Shown here: positions 12,567 to 26,040 of the stretch, in pieces | Layout of the letters: each line of letters starts with the position of its first letter | How positions within the stretch are numbered: the stretch's first letter is position 1 | Assembly (NCBI GenBank): GCA_000004695.1 | Contig: CM000151.3 | Span: forward strand, 6,528,001-6,592,000 | Source of the DNA: Dictyostelium discoideum | Lineage: Eukaryota | DNA: 64,000 nt | Reading direction: 5' to 3' | The notes under the pieces: generated by a model | Told to the model about the DNA's origin: nothing | The model's database searches: none | Seen by the model: only the letters and a program-made list of their open reading frames with translations | Made by a program: the position numbers and the translations under genes

Positions 12567-13242
12567 ACTTGAAATTGATTCTATTTTTAAAAAAAAAACA
12601 ATTAGAAAACTATATTTTAAAATATAAATTGAAAATTATTTTCATACATACTTAAAATAGTCATTCCAATATTTTTTTTTTTGTATACAAAAGAAAATAA
12701 TTTATTAAAAATGATTTTGAATTCCTTTTTTATTTATACAAAAAAAAAATTGAGCAAAATTTCAAAAATTGCTACAAAAAATATTATTAAAAAAAAAATA
12801 ATTAACACACCCACAAAAGTATATCTATATTATTAAAGATTACTTGTGAATTAAACAATCTGGTTGAATTTTACCAAAATTATATAAAGTGTAATTTAAA
12901 CAAAATTTTACACTTGTGTAAATAAATATTTGTAAAATTAAAAAAAAAAAAAAAAAAAAAACCAATGTGTTGATAGGTATATAATATTAATTATACCACC
13001 AATATTTTTAAAAATAAATTATATAAATTATTTTGGGGACCACTCAAATTTTCTCAAATGTACAAAATTATACAAAAAAACCTTGAAACACCACACCAAC
13101 TTGTTTATTAATATTAATTTTAAGTTGTGAATGAAAAAATAAAAAAAAAAATAAAGAACAGTTTTTTTTTTTTTTTTTTGTTATTATAGTTGTGTATTTT
13201 ATTTAGTTTATACAATTTATATATATATATTTTATTTTTATT

Positions 13243-16200
13243 TTAACTTTTAAAAGTTTTTAGTTTATTTTGTAATCCATTTTTGAATTTTGTATCTTTT
13301 TTCTTTTTGATTATATGGTAAGCAATGGAAATGGCAATTACTGCAGCAAATGCAATGGAGCCAATAATTATACCAATAAGTTGTGGTGTTGTTAATTTTG
13401 ATTGATTGGGAGTACAAACTGAATTTTCATCATTTTTTGAAGTTGATTTACTATCTATTAATACTGAGAAATCTGGATCAATAATTATTGATTTTTGATA
13501 GTTTGGTATTGTTATACCTATATATGATTGTGAAGATGATGCAGTTTGAATTGAGTTCATTTTTGAATCTAATAATACATTTTCAATGGTCGAAATTTTT
13601 GAATCAATTATTGCTCTTTTAATAAATCTACCATAAAGTGAATGGTCATTAATTTGAATTTTAAAATAATTTGAATTATCTCCATTACTAGTTTCACCAA
13701 AATCTTTTAATGAGCAAATTTCTTTAGTTTTCGATGACTCAAATGATGCAGACATTACAAGTTGTAAATTATTTAATTGATTTGAAAATTTATATTCTGT
13801 AATTTCAATTGTATATTTAATACTTGATGGATACATTGTAATACTAGAATTTGCAAATTCTATAGTACTTGTATCTTTAAACCATTCTAATATAACTGTA
13901 ATATTTGTATTAAATGGTGTAGTTGAATTATTTTTTATACTTGTAAAGTATTGACTTTTATTTTGATTAATTTGAGTAAATATCCATCGATCAAATGGGT
14001 ATAAATTTATTTGATTTCCATTAAAATCTAATTCTCTAATTGATACGATTGAAATTAATGATTTATATAAATAATTTATACCAGAAGGTTGTTGGTTATT
14101 ATTATTATCTATGATTGGTATTTCAGTTGATGGTTGTGAAGTGTTAGTTGAAGGTTGTGGTATAATTACAACTTGTGCATTACAATCATTACCAATCCAT
14201 GGTTGGTAACAAACACATCCTTTTGATGAGCAAAAACCTTGTTTAGGTCCTCCACATATTGGTTCACCTAAACATGTTTGAGGTTTATTAGTTGGTGTTG
14301 GTAATTGAGTCGTAGTTGTTGGTGTTGGTGTATTAAGTGGTGAAACAGAAAGAAAGGAAAATAAAGGTGTAACTATGAATTCATTTGATTGTTGACCATT
14401 TTTTGTAACTACTCTGATGGTGAATGGTTTATCAGTTGGGTCAATATCTAGTATTAATAATGCAGTTGAAAAAATTATACTTGGAAAAGAAATTTGAGAA
14501 AATACTAAATCAGTTGAATATTTAATTTGTACATATTGAATCGAGGTTTTAAATCCTCTTCCTACAATCCATAATTCACCACCTGTTGATGAAATTTGAC
14601 TTGTTCTTAAAATTTCAATCTTTCTAACCAATTGAATATTTGACATTGAATAAATTGGAAATGCGGATGAAATGTACGTACTTGGGAATCCACTATAATA
14701 ACCACCATTATTAATGAAACCATAAACACTAAATACTATATCTGAATTATATCCAAACCCTACTGGTAATTCAATTTCACATGTATAATTTGCAGTTTTT
14801 GAATTTATAGATTTAATTTTCGATTCACATTGAATAATTTGTAATTCTGTTGATTCAATATAAACAATTGGATATTGTTCATTTTTTAAACCAGTATCTA
14901 AATCGACGGCTTGAAAATCAAATGCTATAACAATTGTTTGAGAATCATTTAAAATTGTTTTCACTGCACTAAACAAAGTTAATTCTGGTGGTGAAATATC
15001 GTAACCGTCATTTTCAGTTGTACATTTTTTATATATTTTATTTATAGTTGAATCACCTAAAAAATTTATAAATGGATTTCTAATACTCTCACATTGTTCA
15101 GATACTGAAAATTTAGCGAAATTACCTCGAGTATCGAATAAATAAACATCTGTAATGATATAATTTTGAGAAGCACATAAAATTGATATTTTAATATTAA
15201 TTTGATATTCACCATTATATTTATCACCACTAGTTAAATTTAAAGGTGTTAAATGAAATTTATAAGTTGAACTATCCATTTCACCTCTAACAATAATATC
15301 ACCATAATCAAATCCATTAATTTTATCACCTATTACAAATTTCCAACCAAATTCATTTGTAGTATTTATTTTTTCAACTTTATTAAAAATTGGACCATAA
15401 CTATCGAAATCTATTATTATTTTTATTGGAATTAGTAAAACAATAATATATATATATAACACTTGTATTATAACTTACTTGATGAAATTATAAATAATTG
15501 TGCTGATAATGGTAACATTGTACTATCTATTGGGTTATAATTTGGATTTGAATTTCCATAAAGTTTAAAAGGTATATGACCAGGTTGAGTGTTAGCAGGT
15601 ACAGTGAATTCAATTTGGAACATTGATGTTGATGAATTCCATTTTGAGAATCTAAAATCTGAACTATCTAAATCACCATTTTTTAATATTGAAACTGGAT
15701 CATTTAATAATAATGCAAAAGAGCTACCTTTATCAAATTCACCTTCATAACTGAAATAAATGATATTATTAACAGATTTATTTGTAACATCAATATTATT
15801 ATATAAAAATGATATATTTGTAATTAATACTGGATTTAGTTCGCCAAATGGTATTTCAAATTTCAATAAAGGACTAATTGAATAATATTCACCTCTTAGA
15901 TAGTTTATTCTATTACTTAATAAATTTGAAATTGTAAATTTAGTAATTGAATCTTTATATAAATCTACAACTGTTTCAAATTCCAATACACTACTATTAC
16001 TTTCACTATCAACTACCGATTCATATCTTAATGTGATATCTGACCCTAGATATATTGATGCCCCATAACCATTTGTATTCACTTTAAATCTAAATAAATA
16101 ACTTTCATCAAATAATAATTTACATTCAAATTCTAAAAGAGTTGATAATATTGAACTATTTAATATTTGAGCTTAATTTTAAAATTAAAATGTGTAAAAA

Positions 16201-17404
16201 AAAAAAATTAGAAATTTATTTATATTATTAATTTTTAATTTTTAATAATGTTATTATCATTATAATTTTAAATTTTATTAAAGTAAAAAAAAAAAAAAAA
16301 ATTAAGGAATTTTATTAATAAAATACATACCATATGGTGAAGTAACTGTTACAAAACTATTACTATTTTGAATAACAAAACTATGTGTAGGAGAATATGA
16401 ATATAAATACTCCAGGTGAGATTGCACATGCACGTATTTAAAATTATTACCATTGCTAAATCCATATGGCCATGTGTAGCTATTTTTGTACTCGTTCCAA
16501 AACATTACAAGTGGATAAAATCCGTATTGTGTTTCTGTATCAAACTTAACAAAAAACAATGATGAAAAAAGTAATGACACACCATGTCCAGATGACAAAT
16601 ATGTATTATTTATATTAGCGATACTAAATTCTATGGTTTGTTTTTAAATATAAAGATTGTTAATAATTAATATAATATAATAAAAATAAAAAAAAAATAA
16701 AAAAAAAAAAAGATAATATTAAATACCTTTTAAATATATTATCGGAGTTTCATAAACTTTAACAAAATTTTTTGAAAAAAAAGAATAAATTACTTCTGGT
16801 GTATGGATATACAATTGGCCTAAATAGGTAATAAAATTTTCATCTTGATAAATTGGTGTGAAATCTGCATTCTTACTATTTCCATCATCTACGTATAAAT
16901 AAGGCTCATAATCATTACTAGTTTTATTAATAGTTACTGAATAAACGGTAGAACATCCTAATCCAAACTCTGAAACATTTGTGGTTTCGTTTGGATAATA
17001 GTTTATTTTTGAATTACTGATATCTAGATTATAATCTATTTAATGTTTCAAAAAAAAAAAAAAAAAAAAAAATTAAAATAAGCAAATTTTGGAAAATATG
17101 AAAATAGATGAAATTGAAAAAATTACCAAGATATGTAGAAGCTGGGATAGTAACGACAATTGTATGAGGGCCATAAAATAATAAAGAAATGTTATAATTT
17201 TCAACTGTTCCCCCATCCAACTCCTCAAGGGAAATTAAGAAATAATTTGGATTTAATGGGTAAGCACTACCACCAAAAATTACCAAATTATTTAATGGAT
17301 ATTTTAATCCAATTAATTGAATAATTCCATTACCATATAAATTATTTTTTTTAAAGTAATTTGGTTTTAAAATTTTTACTTTCATTAATTCGTAGTCAAT
17401 CACT

Positions 17405-17457
<53 letters not shown>

Positions 17458-17899
17458 GTTAGAATTTAAAATCAAATAATTTTAAATAAAATTATATTTT
17501 AATTAAATACAAACTTTCACATGAATAAGATATGTTTAAATCAACTTTTATTGTTGGATTATTTAAAAGATAGCAAACAATATTTGATGTATAACTTCCA
17601 AAGGACAATGCAGTATGAGTAATACCAATTATACTTCCTGTTCTATCAGATCTTATCATTTCAGAATAATCAAAATCTGTTGTAAACATCAATTGATCAC
17701 CTTCATCCATTGCTGGTTCAACGTAACAAAGAATTTCAAATGAAAAATCACAAAATTCCCTATCACTATATTGAGGATACACTTTATAATTTTTTGGATT
17801 TGATATATCTGTAATTTTCAATGTTTGACAATTACAAAAATTAATCAAAACAAAACAAAAATAATAAATAATAAAAAATTTTAATAAATTTATATTCAT
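13243..17899 (-). CDS. Large (~1376 aa) secreted type-I transmembrane glycoprotein with one EGF-like Cys-rich module, many N-glycosylation sites and a short basic cytoplasmic tail; possibly Tgr/IPT-TIG-like. Six exons: 17899..17515, 17402..17127, 17035..16727, 16630..16331, 16171..15479, 15410..13243
   Basis: The N-terminus is a signal peptide, MNINLLKFFIIYYFCFVLINFCNCQ. All introns are phase 1, with donors GTTTGT, GTAATT, GTATTT, GTATGT and GTAAGT and T-rich..AG acceptors, and every exon length closes the frame. Two internal exons are absent from the ORF track because they have no in-frame start codon. The EGF-like module is CLGEPICGGPKQGFCSSKGCVCYQPWIGNDCNA, the transmembrane segment is IGIIIGSIAFAAVIAISIAY, and the tail is KKKKDTKFKNGLQNKLKTFKS*. 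Confidence 0.6.
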
Positions 17900-18554
17900 T
17901 TTTGATTCATATATAAAAATACTGAAAATTAATTATTAAAAAAAAAATTAAATAAAAAATAATTATAATAATTGTTTTTTTTTAAAAAAAAAAAAAAATA
18001 ATAAGAAAAAAAAAAAAAAGAAAAGAAATTTCTAAAAAAAAAAAAAATAAAAGAATTTTACAATTTCTGTAATTATTTTATGTTTATAAAAAATAATTTC
18101 AAAGGTGATATTTTTTTTTTTTAAAATATCAAGATTTTTTTTTATTAATTGGTAAAAAAAAAAAAAAAAATAAGATATTTTGAATTTTCAAATTTTTTTC
18201 TTTTTTTTTTTTTTTGGTATTTTTGAATATCAAAATCAAATAATAAAAAAAATATCGACTGTAAAGCTCTCCATGGGTTATTTAAAAATTATTTTTAGTT
18301 TTATTTATTTTCTTTTTTTTTTTTAATTTTTTTTTTTTTTTTTTTTTTTAAAAAAATAATGATTTTAATTATTACATTGTTGTTATATATATAAATTATA
18401 AATATGTGGCTTTTTTATTATTCATTTAAAATTAAAGACAAAAACCCAGGAGATAATTTAAAAACAAGTTAAAAAATTTGTAGTATTTAATTATAAAATT
18501 ATTTATCTATTTTTATTATTTATTTTGGTTATTTACTTGGTTTCCACTTAATTT

Positions 18555-18590
<36 letters not shown>

Positions 18591-19082
18591 ATTACCCAAA
18601 AATAAATATCTTAAAAAAAAAAAAATTTCAAAAACGATTTAAAATTTTAAAATGTATTCAAAAAATAAAATACCACAATCTCAGTCTCCTCCCTCTAAAC
18701 ATCAATCTCATAATTCAAGATGGAAAAAAATTTTAATTTTATCTCAATTATTATAATTACAATTTTCACATTAGTATTTTTAGTTGGTAATTTATACCCA
18801 ACACATGATGAATATGTTTTAATTGATGTTAAATATATTTTGGAAATTAAAGAAGAATGGGAAATAAATTGAAGCCAATTTGCATCTATGTTAATAGATC
18901 AACACTCAATACTCAAAAATAAAAGTGGTTTTAAAAGGTGATTACAACAGTGGTAAAACTTAGTTGATGAATATGCTAGATAACAAGAATTTCTAGTTTA
19001 TCTAACTTTTGATAAAGGTATTTTTTGTATGTCCTTCACCATTATTTTTTTCACAAATATCAGTATTGTATAAAATAAATCT

Positions 19083-19120
<38 letters not shown>

Positions 19121-19895
19121 GAATAACCATATAGAATATAAAAATAGATTTTGGAAAAAAAAATAAAAAAAAAATAAAAAAATAAACTAAATTTGGACTA
19201 TTTTGTTTGTTTTTTTTAATTTTATTTTTCAAAAATTCAAATTTGAGATTAAAAAAAAATATTAAAACCAAATCAATTTTTAAAAATTAAAAAAATTAAT
19301 AAAAAATTAAACAAAAAATAAAAAAAAAAAGGTAATAACAATTAAATTTAAATTTTTTTATTCTGTCCACCCTTTTATTTATTATTTTTTTTTTTTTTTT
19401 AATTCAAGAACAATTTAAATATATCCAAGTTTTTATTTTGGTGACTCACAAACAAAATTAATTTTCTAATATTAAATATGTGAGGTTTTTTTTTATAAAA
19501 GTTAGTTAATTTTTTAATTTTGGTGAGTCATTGAAAGAATCCACTAATCAACCATATAAAGATTAGAATTTACCAGAATAAATAACTGAAAAATATAAAA
19601 ATAGAAAAATTTAAAAAAAAAAATAAAAAAATAATAAAAAAATTAAAAAAAAAAAAAATAAAAAAAAAACAATTGAATAAAAAAAAAATAATAAAAATAA
19701 TAAAAATAATAAAAATAATTAAAAAAAACAATAACCCCATTTTAAGTTTTTTTATATTTTTTTTTTTTATTTTTTTTTTGTTTTTTTTTTTTTTTGCACC
19801 CAGAACTTCAACAAATTGATGACAAGACATTTTTAAAAAAAAAAAATTTCAAATTAAAAAAAAATAAAAAAAATTAATTTTTAAAAAAAAAATTT

Positions 19896-19926
<31 letters not shown>

Positions 19927-20121
19927 TTATTTCATTTATTAATAATACATCCACAAAGGTATGATATTATTATTTTATAACTATTTAATCCTTTTTTATT
20001 ATTATTATTATTTTTTTTTTTTTTTTTTTTTATCTTTTTTTCATACAATTATATTTTTATAGAAATTTTTTATTTATTTAATTTTTTTTAAAAAAAAAAA
20101 AAAAAAATTTACTAATCCTTA

Positions 20122-20154
<33 letters not shown>

Positions 20155-20167
20155 TAATTAATTTAGA

Positions 20168-21349
20168 ATGAAAATATTATTATTTGTTACATTAATTGCA
20201 TTGGCATTTGTTGCCTTATGCTCAGCAGAAGGAAATGTTGTTGTTTTATCACCAGACAACTTTGATACAGTTGTTGATGGTTCAAAAACTGTATTTGTAA
20301 AATTCTATGCACCATGGTGTGGCCATTGTAAAAAACTTGCACCAGATTTTGAAATCCTTGCTGACACATTCGCACCAGTTTCCAACAAAGTTGTAATTGC
20401 CAAAGTTGATTGTGACCAAGCTGACAACAAAGCTCTCTGTAGTAAATATGATGTTTCTGGTTATCCAACCCTCAAAATCTTTGACAAATCAACCACTGCC
20501 AAAGAGTAAGTAAAAAAATAAAAAAACATATAATATTACTTTGATACTAATATATATATAATATATATATTTTTTTTTTAAAAAAAAAAAAAAAGTTACA
20601 ACGGTGCTAGATCAGTTGATGAATTATTAACTTATATCAATAATCACGCCAAAACCAACGTTAAAGTAAAGAAAGCACCATCAAATGTTGTTGATTTATC
20701 ACCATCAAATTTTGATTCAGTTGTTTTAGATAAATCAAAGAATGTTTTAGTTGAATTCTATGCACCATGGTGTGGTCATTGCAAAAAGTTAATGCCAGAT
20801 TATGAAATCCTTGGTAACACCTACGCCAATGAAAAAGATGTTGTCATCGCCAAAATTGATTGCGATGCTGCTGATAACAAAGCCATCTGCTCCAAATATG
20901 GTGTCACTGGTTTCCCAACACTCAAATGGTTCGGTAAACAAAGCAAAGACGGTGAAAAATATGAACAAGGTCGTGATCTTGATACTTTCATCAACTACAT
21001 CAACAAACAAGCTGGTGTTAACCGTGTCAAAGGTGGTAAACTCGCTGTTGGTGCTGGTCGTGTTGAACAACTCGATACTATTGCCACTGAATTCATCGCT
21101 GCCGCTGCTGAAGTCCGTAAGGAACTCGTCAAGAAAGCTCAAACCGTCGTTGATTCTCTCCCAGAAGAATTAAGAACTGAAGGTTCATACTACGTCAAAG
21201 TCATGAAAACCATTGCTGAAAAATCAATCGATTTTGTAACCACTGAAATCGCTCGTATCACCAAATTAGTCTCTGGTTCAATGTCTGGAAAGAAAGCTGA
21301 TGAATTTGCCAAGAAACTCAATATTTTAGAATCTTTCAAATCAAAATAA
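20168..21349 (+). CDS. pdi1: Protein disulfide isomerase of the P5/ERp38 type: signal peptide, two thioredoxin domains (each with WCGHCKK) and a C-terminal domain, no KDEL; 363 aa. Two exons 20168..20505 and 20596..21349
   Basis: The signal peptide is MKILLFVTLIALAFVALCSA. The CGHC active sites sit at FYAPWCGHCKKLAP and FYAPWCGHCKKLMP. The donor GA|GTAAGT is at 20506 and the acceptor AAAAG| at 20594-95 (phase 2), and the exons sum to 1092 nt. The C-terminus ..KKLNILESFKSK* has no K/HDEL. Third codon positions are GC-rich, as in highly expressed genes. The 363-aa KDEL-less architecture matches the described Dictyostelium Dd-PDI, to my recollection. Confidence 0.75.
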
Positions 21350-21484
21350 ATTAAATTTAATTTAGAAAATAAAAAATAAAATAAAAGAAAAAAAATAAAA
21401 TATAAAATAAAATTTTAAAAAAAATAAAAAAAAAAATAAATGTTATTCTTATTAAATCAATTCTTTTTTTTTTTTTTATCCTTT

Positions 21485-21515
<31 letters not shown>

Positions 21516-22266
21516 CTTAAAAGCGATCAGACATGCACATGAATTTTCATTCCAAAATGTGATTTTTTTATTTTTATTTTTATTTTTTTATTTTTATTTA
21601 TTTTTATTTTTTTATTTTTTTTTTTTTTCACTTTTGTTTTTTTTTTTTTATTTTTTTTTTTCAATTTTTTTTTTTCTTTTTTTTTCATCATCAACAAATA
21701 AGGTATGAATCAATTGTGTTTATTCTTTTATATTTTTTCTTTTTTTATTTTCCTCATTTATTTTTGTTTTTAACAAAAAAAAAAAAAAAACATAATAATG
21801 TTTAAATTTTTTAGATTAATTAATTTAAACCCGAAACATATATAAGTGTGAAAAAAAAAAAAAAAAAAAAAAACCTACCTACCCACTCTTTTTTTTATTT
21901 TTAAAAATACAAACAACAGTTTTTTTTTTTTTTTCTTTTTTTTTTTCACTTTTTACAATTAAAAATACATAACAATAGTAATAATAATAATAATATTTTT
22001 AAAAAAAAAATATTAAAAATAATAATAATATATCGGCTGGTATTGGTTTGTTTTTATTGAATTATTTTTTATTTATTTATTTTTATTATAAAATTAATTT
22101 TTTATTTAATTATTTATTTATTTATTTTTATTATAAAATTTTTTATCATTATTTTTTTTTTTTTTTAAAAAACATAAAATTTAAAAATATTGGTTTCAAT
22201 ATTAATTTAAGACACTCAATCTTTTTTTTTTTTTTTTTAAAGTTAAATTACTCTTTTTAATAAAAA

Positions 22267-22782
22267 ATGTCAGAAAAAACTTTCACTCGTCAAGAAGTTG
22301 CTAAACACTGTTCATTAAACAGTTTATGGATCATTTACAATGATGATGTTTTTGATGTTACAAATTTTGTCGTTGAACATCCAGGTGGTGAAGAAGTTTT
22401 AAAAGGAAATGGTGGTAAATATTATTTAAATTATTTTATTTCATTTTAAATTTGAAAATATTTTTTATTTTAAGGGGATTTTATTTTATAAATATTAAAA
22501 ATTTAAAAAATATTTTAAAATATTATAGGTAAAGATGCAACTCAAGAGTTTGATGATGTAGGTCACAGCGCAAGTGCTATCGCAAAAATGCAATCACTCA
22601 GAATTGGTCGTATCGAAGGCGCTAAACCAAGAGAAGAGAAAAAGAAGGAAATTAAAAAAACAACCACAACTACTAGCGCACCAAAACAACAAGAAAGTGC
22701 TGGTTTAGGTCTTTTAAAAATCCCATTAATTATCATTGTTTTAGCAATCGCTGCTTACTTTTTCATGGGTGACCAACAATAA
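22267..22782 (+). CDS. Cytochrome b5 (133 aa) with a C-terminal membrane anchor; two exons 22267..22414 and 22529..22782
   Basis: The heme-binding motifs HPGGEEVL and ..GGKDATQEFDDVGHS span the phase-1 intron (donor G|GTAAAT at 22415, acceptor TATTATAG| at 22527-28). The C-terminal anchor is LLKIPLIIIVLAIAAYFFM. The exons total 402 nt. Confidence 0.75.
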
Positions 22783-23116
22783 ACAAAAAGATAAAGAAAT
22801 AAAATAAAATAAAATAAAATAAATTTATATATCAACGTCACAACATCACCAATAATAATAATAATAATAACCTCATCTACAAAAACAAATAAACAAACAA
22901 ACAAACCAACAAACAACAAACCAATATAACCCTACAATAGTAATGTCAACAATAATATGGTAACACAAATAAACTCACTTTTATAAATAAAATCAGTAAC
23001 AATAAATTGAAGTGTGAAATGTAAAATTTTAAAAAATTGACTAGTTGTCAGTTTATTTCATATATTATGGATACATTATTTACCCCCAGTTATATATTAT
23101 ATATATATTTATAAAT

Positions 23117-23148
<32 letters not shown>

Positions 23149-23230
23149 ATATATTATATATATATGATATATATTTATAAAATATATATATTTAATGTAT
23201 ATTTATAAATATATTATATGTATAATAAAT

Positions 23231-23256
23231 GTGTGTGTGTGTGTGTGTGTGTGTGT
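23231..23256. repeat. (GT)13 dinucleotide microsatellite flanked by (AT)n/(TATA)n tracts
   Basis: A direct GTGTGT.. run is visible in the sequence. It lies inside a 5.5-kb interval that has no ORF. Confidence 0.8.
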
Positions 23257-23524
23257 TGGTGTGTTGTTGTATTATTTTATTTTGAATTGCAATCTAATAC
23301 TAAAAATATCAAAGTTTTTTTTTTTTGTTTTATTATTAGAAAATCCAATTTAACTTTTTTACTATTACATTAATGGGGTAAATTGAGGTTTATATAGTTC
23401 GATTTGTAAAAAAAAAAAAAATTCAAGTATTGTTGGTCTCATACTTTTTATATTAAAAAGTCGATTATTGGAATCAAACCCAATGACATTTTTACCACTT
23501 CAATTTTGTAAACTAAATTAGGTT

Positions 23525-23563
<39 letters not shown>

Positions 23564-23890
23564 AAATTTTTTTTTTTTTTGGTAAAGCAAAATTTTATTT
23601 TTAAATTTCTATTTTTAGAACATAAAAAAAAAAAAAAATTGCTATATTTAACTTTTTTTGGTATATTTTTTAATAAAAAAATAAATAAATAAATATTAAA
23701 AAAGGTAATTATTTTTAGGTTTAAAAAAGTTTATTGTCAAGTCAAACATTACCAAACAAAGTAAAAAGAAAGACATATTTATAAATTTTGAAATATGGAT
23801 TTTAATGGTATTTTTAATTAATAATTAATTAATTTAATTAATAAAATATTTTTAAAAAAGGTCCTCACACAACACTAAAATTAAATTTTT

Positions 23891-23925
<35 letters not shown>

Positions 23926-24179
23926 GTGTAAAAATTTAATTTTGTTTTTTTTTTGCCTTTTGGAAAATTAAAGTATAAACTAGTAAAATAAATAAATAAT
24001 TATTTTTTACTATCAACAATAATTATTATCAAAAAAAAAAAAAAAAAAATAAAAAAAAAAAAAAAAAAAAAAAAAAATTACAATAAAAAAAGAATAAAAG
24101 CAATGATAAATTTGGGTGATGTTTCCAAATTACCACACTCCTTTTATTAGAATACCATTTTTATTTTTTTTCTTTTTTT

Positions 24180-24221
<42 letters not shown>

Positions 24222-24751
24222 CTAATTTGTATATTGATTTTAATAATTGAAATATAATTAAACTTTTTTGATTTTGCTGTTGTTAATTTAGTCAATAAAA
24301 TTTAAATTATTATAGGTTAATAATAATTTTATTATCATTAAAATTACTGTTGTTTTAATTATTGGTAAATATTAATGATGATAGGAGAAGTGTATTTTAA
24401 TTAATTTTTTATTTGTATTATGGTTGGATAATTAATAATACTTTATCATTATCTTCATCTTCTTTATCGCCACCATCTTTTTCATCATTACATCATCATC
24501 ATCATCATCATCTTCATCTTCATCTTCATCATAATCATGATCTTTACTCAAAATTAATTAAAAAAAGAAACAAAAAAAAAAAAAAATAAATAAAAAAAAA
24601 TATAAATATAAAAAATTCAATTATAAAAATAAATAAAAATATTATCATTATTATTCTTTGGTTTATTTTATTTTTTTTTTTATTTTTTTTTTTAAATCCA
24701 GAAATATAAAAAAAAGGTAATCAATAATTATAATAATAATAATAATATGAT

Positions 24752-24782
<31 letters not shown>

Positions 24783-24939
24783 TGGTAATAAATCGGATAT
24801 ATTGATTATAAATCTATTCATTGAATCATAAATTCAACTTCAAAAAATAATCTATTTAGTGTTAAATTTGTAAAAAAAAAAAAAAAAGAATGTAATTTTT
24901 TTTTTTGTAAAATTATACACAACGCAGCAGATCACTCAC

Positions 24940-24974
<35 letters not shown>

Positions 24975-25114
24975 AAAAACTCATTCAAATAACTGTTTTT
25001 TTATTATTATATTTTCCCAAAAAATTAAACATCACAAATCTCAAAAAATTATAAATAAAAAAAAAATACACATTTTTCACTGCCACGAATCTACTACTTT
25101 TCATTCATTGAATT

Positions 25115-25192
<78 letters not shown>

Positions 25193-25445
25193 TGCGTGGG
25201 AATATAATTGTAAAAAAAAATAATTATTTTTTTTATACATAAATAGTTTAAATCTACTAGTTTGAATAGCGTTACCACCACCACTACCACCACTACTACT
25301 ACTACAGTTTCTATTTTTAAATTGTATATCATTTGGTACAATATAATAACCAATGAATTTATTACTATTATTTTTTTTAATTTTTTTTTTTTTTAATTTT
25401 TTTTTTTTTTTTATTAAAATAATTTATTCGTTCCAAGATACATAT

Positions 25446-25476
25446 GGGGGGGTGTGGGTTTGTGTGTTTTAGTGGG
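25446..25476. promoter_or_regulatory. G/GT-rich element GGGGGGGTGTGGGTTTGTGTGTTTTAGTGGG; a candidate G-box (GBF-type) regulatory site
   Basis: It contains G7 followed by GTGTGGG half-sites inside AT-rich DNA. CA-rich mirror elements lie at 26931-27010 (CACACACACACAA..CACACACACAACACACG..CGCCCCACC). Confidence 0.25.
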
Positions 25477-26003
25477 TAAAAGTGCTATATCTGTGTTTGT
25501 GTGTTTTAACTCATTGAAATAAATAGAGAGTATAGGTGTTTGTTATTTATTTTACTTTATGAACTTAAATAAAAAGATCAAAATTATTATTATTATTTTT
25601 ATTAATGGATTCAATAAAAATACCACATAAATATATTATATTAAAAAAAAAAAAAGAGAAAATTAAAAAAAAAAAAAAAAAATGCAATGATAGTGCTAGT
25701 AGACCCTATACATTATTAAAAAATTAATTAATTACATTCACACTCACAAAAAAAGGAAGAAATTTAAATTTAATTATTTTAATTATTTAATTTTTTTTTT
25801 TTTTTTTAAATATTTATAATATATACACACATATTTTTTCTTTTTTTTTTTTTTTTTTTTTCTTTCTCTTCCAAAAAAAAAAAAAAAAAAAAAAAATCAT
25901 TTAAATCATGTTGAGTATTTATACAATAACAAAGCCCAACTATAATAAATTTAAAATAAACAGAATAATCATAATCACATAAACATAAAAAAAAAAAAAA
26001 CAA

Positions 26004-26040
<37 letters not shown>

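Noticed and set aside
20187-21173. ORFs 20187..20468(-), 20789..21142(-) and 20802..21173(+) overlapping the PDI gene
   Set aside because: They are alternate or antisense frames of a GC3-rich, highly expressed gene. The thioredoxin frame is unambiguous.
24421-24545. Asp/Glu/Met-rich reading frames over (GAT)n/(GAA)n on the minus strand
   Set aside because: It is a pure trinucleotide repeat with no acceptor, no upstream exon, and stops in all frames within ~40 codons. I treat it as a microsatellite.
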